From Clostridia bacterium (GTDB taxonomy: Bacteria > Bacillota > Clostridia > Christensenellales > UBA1242): DNA of 53,260 bases. A program made the translations under genes and the position numbers. The DNA is taken from assembly GCA_017523305.1 (NCBI GenBank), contig JAFWWV010000071.1:1-53260 (forward strand), read 5' to 3'. Every line of letters starts with the position of its first letter. Position 1 is the first letter of the stretch. The notes beneath the pieces were generated by a model. The model did no database searches. It saw only the letters and a program-made list of their open reading frames with translations, and was not told where the DNA came from. This document shows positions 49,097-53,260 of this stretch, in pieces.

Positions 49097-50644
49097 TTAT
49101 TTTTGTAAGTATTTAGGTAAAATACGTTTTTCTTTAATAAATTTCTTTTGTCTTAAAGTCATTTCTTTTGAATTAATTTCTAAGTTAATTTTACCTTTTA
49201 CAAAATCAATTTCAATTTCGTCGCCATCTTTAACAAATCTAATGTTACCACCGTTGCTATCTGGGTAAACACAACTAATGCAAAGGGCAGTAGTGTCATC
49301 AGGAACAAATCCGTCTGTTACAACAATATGTTTATTTGTAAGGCCCATTGATTCAAGCGCTAATGTTGTTTGGCAAATTGTTGAAGCACCAGTTTCAGTA
49401 GTTTTGCCACATTCTTTAATAACAATAACACTATTATCTGTTAAAGCTTTATTTAATACAGCGTTGCAAGCTTCTTGGTCGCTACTAAATACTTGAGTGT
49501 TGCCAATAACTTTTGTTTTATCTTCACTAATATTAATTGTTTTTGCAATAGCAAATCTTTCTGCAATATTGCCACGAAGAACAACTAAACTTTCTTTTTT
49601 AACAGTAGTAAAGTTTTCATAATTTGTAACTTTTTTAGTTTCTTCACTTAAAGTTGTGTCAGCAAATGTTTTGTAATTTCCGTCAATAATTTTGTTTTTA
49701 ATCATTGCTTTAATTAAACCCCAAGTGCTACCAAACTCAATAAATTGTTTTAAACCAAGTGTTGTATTATATAAAACAGGAATGTTTTTTGCACTGCCTA
49801 AAACTTTGTTTGCATCCATATCAAGTTCAGCTTCTTTTGATAAATACATTAAAGCATCAATAATAACTGGGCTACCACCTAAGCAGAAGTTAAGTGTAAG
49901 TGCGTTACCAACTGATTTTTTGTTTATCATACGTTTAAGTGGTAATCTATTTTTTGCTAAACTTACAATTGTTTGACCTGTTAGGACTGCTTCAGCATCT
50001 TTTTCGTGTGTTTGAGCATATGTTGTAGCAGAATTTTTTAAAGTTAACTCCATAACTTCTAAAATTAAATTTAAAATAACTTCGCTGTTAAATGTTGAAC
50101 CACAACCGTATGTTTCGCCAAAACTTTTTTGTTTTTCTTCAAGGTCAAAAACACTTTTTTCTCCAGTTGCAATTTTGCCTGGGTAGGAAAGTATATCTTC
50201 TAAACTATTTTCATTTTCAACTTTTGTTAAACCTTGTGGTAAAACAAGTGTAGGTAAGTTAAGTCTAATAGAACTTGCTAAGCAACCAAGTGTTGAGTTA
50301 AAACCACTAGGAATAAATACAACACCATCAAGGTTTTTATCAAAAAGCATAAGTTCTAAAAAGTTTGCTATTTGGTTTTTGTAAGCAGAAACAACATAAT
50401 TATCGTTATTAAAATTTCTAAACCTTTCGTTTAGGCTAGGCAATAAAATTATTTCAGCTTCTACACCGTTTTTTATAACTTCTCTTTCAACAACTTGGGC
50501 AAGGGCATAGGCATAATTTTTTGTTGTTGTATTATCGCAACAAGCAACAATACCAATTTTTAATGAAGAATTGTAATTTCCATTAAATTTATTTTTTAGT
50601 TCTGTTGCTAAATTATCTATATTTTTTAACTTTAATTTTGCCAT
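49097..50644 (-). CDS. IlvD/Edd (dihydroxy-acid/6-phosphogluconate dehydratase) family homolog with degenerate active site
   Basis: Collinear with IlvD: GNIAERFAIAKT ~ GNLAP.GA..K, VVTDGFVPDDT ~ ITDGRFSGGT, FVKDGDEIEIDF ~ V.DGD.I.ID. The CDK, DDGIAMG and GPGMPEM motifs are absent. Start at the ATG at 50644 (AAAGGAT RBS), not the ORF-track TTG at 50689. Confidence 0.7.
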   Translation of the reverse strand: MAKLKLKNIDNLATELKNKFNGNYNSSLKIGIVACCDNTTTKNYAYALAQVVEREVIKNGVEAEIILLPSLNERFRNFNNDNYVVSAYKNQIANFLELMLFDKNLDGVVFIPSGFNSTLGCLASSIRLNLPTLVLPQGLTKVENENSLEDILSYPGKIATGEKSVFDLEEKQKSFGETYGCGSTFNSEVILNLILEVMELTLKNSATTYAQTHEKDAEAVLTGQTIVSLAKNRLPLKRMINKKSVGNALTLNFCLGGSPVIIDALMYLSKEAELDMDANKVLGSAKNIPVLYNTTLGLKQFIEFGSTWGLIKAMIKNKIIDGNYKTFADTTLSEETKKVTNYENFTTVKKESLVVLRGNIAERFAIAKTINISEDKTKVIGNTQVFSSDQEACNAVLNKALTDNSVIVIKECGKTTETGASTICQTTLALESMGLTNKHIVVTDGFVPDDTTALCISCVYPDSNGGNIRFVKDGDEIEIDFVKGKINLEINSKEMTLRQKKFIKEKRILPKYLQK

Positions 50645-50829
50645 AGTTGTTTTATCCTTTTGTTTGTTTTTTTTATTTATAAAACGCAAAAATTTATTTA
50701 AAAATGGGGTTTATAACCACAAAAAATGCATTTAATTTTTCATCAAATACATTTTTCTAGACACAAAAATTCTTGCATTTATTTACAAAAAACTTTAAGA
50801 ATTTTTCTTAAAATTTTTGAATAGTTAAA

Positions 50830-51101
50830 AAAAGAAAGCACAATCAATTTTGTCAAATGATATTAAATAGTACTCTTTACTTCTAGCTCTGCCAAAGCTA
50901 CCTTATGGCACATCATTAGGTCTACTTAATGCTGCTACCGTCAGGTCCTGACATGGTTCATAGTTAACAATTGCATAAGACCTTGACTTCATCACTAAAA
51001 ATAAAGCACTTGTTTAATAAACATTTGCCGAGATTGATGTTCAGCCCTACTGTAGTGGATTGTAGGTACAGGGCACCACTAGCTCCCCGCTTAGTGCTTT
51101 C
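50830..51101 (-). ncRNA. ffs: signal recognition particle RNA, long (Bacillus scRNA-like, Alu-domain-containing) form
   Basis: The minus strand reads GAAAGCACUAAGCGGGGAGCUAGUGGUGCCCUGUACCUACAAUCCACU... (cf. B. subtilis GCUAAGCGGGGAGGUAGCGGUGCCCUGUACCUGCAAUCCGCU) and ...CUAUGAACCAUGUCAGGACCUGACGGUAGCAGCAUUAAG (cf. UCAUGAACCAUGUCAGGUCCGGAAGGAAGCAGCAUUAAG). The 5' GAAAGCAC can pair with the 3' GUGCUUUC, followed by a U-run. Local G+C island, about 272 nt. Confidence 0.9.
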
Positions 51102-51108
51102 AAAATGT

Positions 51109-51137
51109 ATTATATACAAAGTTAATTAAAATTGCAA
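51109..51137 (-). promoter_or_regulatory. consensus sigma-A promoter of the SRP RNA
   Basis: On the minus strand, TTGCAA, 17 nt spacer, TATAAT. The -10 ends 7 nt before the predicted 5' G at 51101. Confidence 0.6.
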
Positions 51138-51221
51138 CAATTAAAATAAATAAATGTTATATTTGTTTTGTATTTTTGATAAAATATGATAATATTTTCT
51201 AGTAATTAGGAGAATTTTTTA

Positions 51222-51956
51222 ATGACAAAAGCTGTTAAAACTAAATCGAATAGTGAAAGATTTATAATTGCCTATAATAGCATTGATTATTCACTTCGTA
51301 CAATTTATGGTTTTAAACGTAGTATCAGTTATGCTGATTTAATTAGAAAAACTGTTCCACTTAACAGTGTAGTGAGAAAGTATGAAGATGACCTTATTGA
51401 TTATGGCAGATTAAGAAACTCAATTGTTCACAAAACAAACCCAAATTATGTTATTGCTGAACCACATGATGAAGTTGTTGATGAGTTTGAAAAAATTGCA
51501 AAACTTATTGCAACACCACCAACAGCATTTAACAAAGTTTGTAATAAAGAAGTTGTTATTTGTGGCGAACACACAACTGTTAAAGATGTTTTAGAAATTA
51601 TGGCAAGAACAGGTTATCATAATATTCCTGTTTATATGAACGACGTTTTACAAGGTGTTGCTATTAGTTCAAAATTAATTGAAGTTATTGGTAGAAAATT
51701 AATTGAAGGTCAAGATATTTCAACATACCTTGCAAACACAAAAGTTTTAGATGTTATTACTAAAGATGATGAAAGTAATTATTATAGGGTAGCAGATAAA
51801 AATATGACAATTGAAAAAGCATTAAACTACTTTTATATTAATCGCAAACTTTCACTTATTATTATTACCGAAAAGGGTACTTATAACGAAAAACCAATAG
51901 GTATTATTACAACTGCTGATATTTTAGATATGAACGCAGTTTTAGAAAACTATTAA
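51222..51956 (+). CDS. HEPN-like (Rx4H) N-terminal domain fused to a CBS pair
   Basis: N-terminal helical module of about 100 aa ending DYGRLRNSIVH (R at 51414, H at 51429-51431), which is the HEPN Rx4-6H motif in a Swt1-like context. Followed by two CBS repeats (VKDVLEIMARTGYHNIPV..., IEKALNYF...PIGIITTADIL). Confidence 0.65.
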   Translation: MTKAVKTKSNSERFIIAYNSIDYSLRTIYGFKRSISYADLIRKTVPLNSVVRKYEDDLIDYGRLRNSIVHKTNPNYVIAEPHDEVVDEFEKIAKLIATPPTAFNKVCNKEVVICGEHTTVKDVLEIMARTGYHNIPVYMNDVLQGVAISSKLIEVIGRKLIEGQDISTYLANTKVLDVITKDDESNYYRVADKNMTIEKALNYFYINRKLSLIIITEKGTYNEKPIGIITTADILDMNAVLENY

Positions 51957-52075
51957 TTTATTTTTTAACTCTGGTATTAATTTTGTTTTTATAATTAATT
52001 TAACACAATGTTAACATACTAAATATAAAAACAATTTTATTATAAAAAAAATTTTAAACTAAAAGGATAAAAATT

Positions 52076-53260
52076 ATGATTAGAACAAAAACAACTTATT
52101 CAAAAGAAGTATTTAATGATTTTGCTAAACATAATATCAAAACAAGTGGTTCAATGAAGGTTATATACGGTTGTGCAGTCATTATTTTGGCTTGTGCGCT
52201 CGTTATGGCTGTTTTGGGCTCAATAGTCGAAGCTATTGTGTATGGCATTCTAGGCTTGATTTTTGCTGGATATTCACCTTTAATGAAAGCAATTATCAAT
52301 GCTAACAACAAACGTAATATCGGCACAACCGATGAGTACGAATTTTATGATGATAAATTTTATGTTACAGCATACGATAAAAATGGTGTAGAAATGGCAT
52401 CATCATCAATTATGTATTCAAGACTTTACAAAGTTAAAAAGAACTTTGGTTATGGTTACATTTATGTAAACAAACAAGTAGCATATATTATTCAAAGAGA
52501 AAACTTTGAAGATAAAGCTGAGTTTGATATCGTACTTGATAAAATTCAAAAAGCAATTAGACAAAGCAAAATTAAAGGTACAACTCCAGCAGTGTTTGGT
52601 AGCCAAAACGTAACCCCTGCTAGTGAAGAAGGAGAACAAGATTTAGGCGAACCAGTACCACCACCAGAAACAGAAGAAGATATCTTGGCAAGAAAAGCAC
52701 TCGAAGCACAAAAAGCAGCAGAAGAAGCAGCAAAAACTGAAGAAGAAAATGCTGAAGAAAATAAGGAAGAAGGTGCTGAAGGCGAAGACGAAAACGCTCA
52801 AGATGTTGCAAATGAAGATGGTGTAGAAGAAGAAAAAGAAATCTTAAATGAAGATACTCCAGCAAAAGATAGCGAACTTGACGAAACTGCAGAACAACCT
52901 GAAACAGAAGAAGTAGAGCCAGAAACTGTTGCAGATGAAGACCCAGCTGTTGTTGAAGCTGAAAAAGCTTTAAGTGAAGCAGACGAAGTTTTAGCTAATG
53001 CTGTTGAACTTGACGAAACTGCTGACGAAGTAGATTCATTACCAACAGACGGAGATGACGACGATAACGACGCAGCAGAGCAACAACCAGTTGACGAAGT
53101 TGTTAATAACTTTATTGTCAACGAAGTTAACGATATGGAGTTAGCAGACGAAGCTGAAAACGTTGAAGAAGATTCTAATCAAAATAATCCTTTTGAAAAT
53201 GAACAACCAGAGTTTGTAGATAATTATGAAGATTTACCTGAACCAGTAGATCCATATCAA
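52076..53260 (+). CDS. YcxB-like membrane protein with a long acidic low-complexity tail (3'-partial, runs off window end; absent from ORF track)
   Basis: ATG at 52076 after AAAAGGAT. Open for 395 codons to the window end. Two TM helices (VIYGCAVIILACALVMAV, AIVYGILGLIFAGY), then a small domain, then an E/D/A-rich tail. The minus-strand ORFs listed here are its shadows. Confidence 0.75.
   Translation, partial: MIRTKTTYSKEVFNDFAKHNIKTSGSMKVIYGCAVIILACALVMAVLGSIVEAIVYGILGLIFAGYSPLMKAIINANNKRNIGTTDEYEFYDDKFYVTAYDKNGVEMASSSIMYSRLYKVKKNFGYGYIYVNKQVAYIIQRENFEDKAEFDIVLDKIQKAIRQSKIKGTTPAVFGSQNVTPASEEGEQDLGEPVPPPETEEDILARKALEAQKAAEEAAKTEEENAEENKEEGAEGEDENAQDVANEDGVEEEKEILNEDTPAKDSELDETAEQPETEEVEPETVADEDPAVVEAEKALSEADEVLANAVELDETADEVDSLPTDGDDDDNDAAEQQPVDEVVNNFIVNEVNDMELADEAENVEEDSNQNNPFENEQPEFVDNYEDLPEPVDPYQ

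Noticed and set aside
52620-53121. Minus-strand ORFs of 81 and 107 aa (poly-Leu and poly-Ser proteins).
   Set aside because: They are reverse-complement shadows of the GAA/GAT/GCA-rich acidic tail of the + strand CDS starting at 52076.
6845-53260. The 46-kb AT-rich block could be a horizontally acquired island, ICE or prophage inserted into murC of a Bacteroidota genome.
   Set aside because: It encodes primary sigma factor, primase, ribosomal proteins, SRP RNA, the ATPase and central metabolism. It has no integrase, transposase, att-like repeats or phage genes. It is another organism's chromosome, so an assembly or concatenation artefact is far more likely.
6845-53260. Mollicutes genetic code 4 (TGA=Trp).
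   Set aside because: All conserved proteins (NtpA/B, PFOR, DnaG, RpoD and others) are full-length and uninterrupted under code 11, and Trp is encoded by TGG. There is no in-frame TGA that would need reassignment.

Overview
The window is two unrelated genomic pieces joined near position 6840. Positions 1-6840 have roughly balanced G+C and carry a textbook Bacteroidota-style cell-wall (dcw) block, murE-mraY-murD-ftsW-murG-murC. murC is cut off after about 140 codons. From about 6845 to the end the DNA is very AT-rich. It encodes core housekeeping genes of a low-GC Bacillota or Mollicutes-like organism using the standard code: PHP phosphoesterase, Asp23 and DAK2(YloV), dnaG-rpoD-trmK, PepD, a complete nine-gene V-type ATPase operon, PFOR, truA, rplM-rpsI, trxB, a frameshifted ung, a Wzy-like/glf/GT2 glycan cluster and a long-form SRP RNA. 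I saw no transposase, integrase, CRISPR array, tRNA or rRNA, and no recognisable defence island. Most of the window is ordinary. The items worth a second look are: the chimeric junction; a 1683-aa membrane-anchored papain-like protease with MBG and Listeria-Bacteroides repeats; a HEPN(Rx4H)-CBS fusion next to the SRP RNA; an IlvD/Edd homolog that has lost every catalytic motif; a small acidic ORF with a consensus promoter, bracketed by two copies of the same terminator; an orphan two-gene unit upstream of dnaG; and a 5' CDS at the window end that the ORF track misses. All family calls come from motif recognition by eye, and no searches were run.
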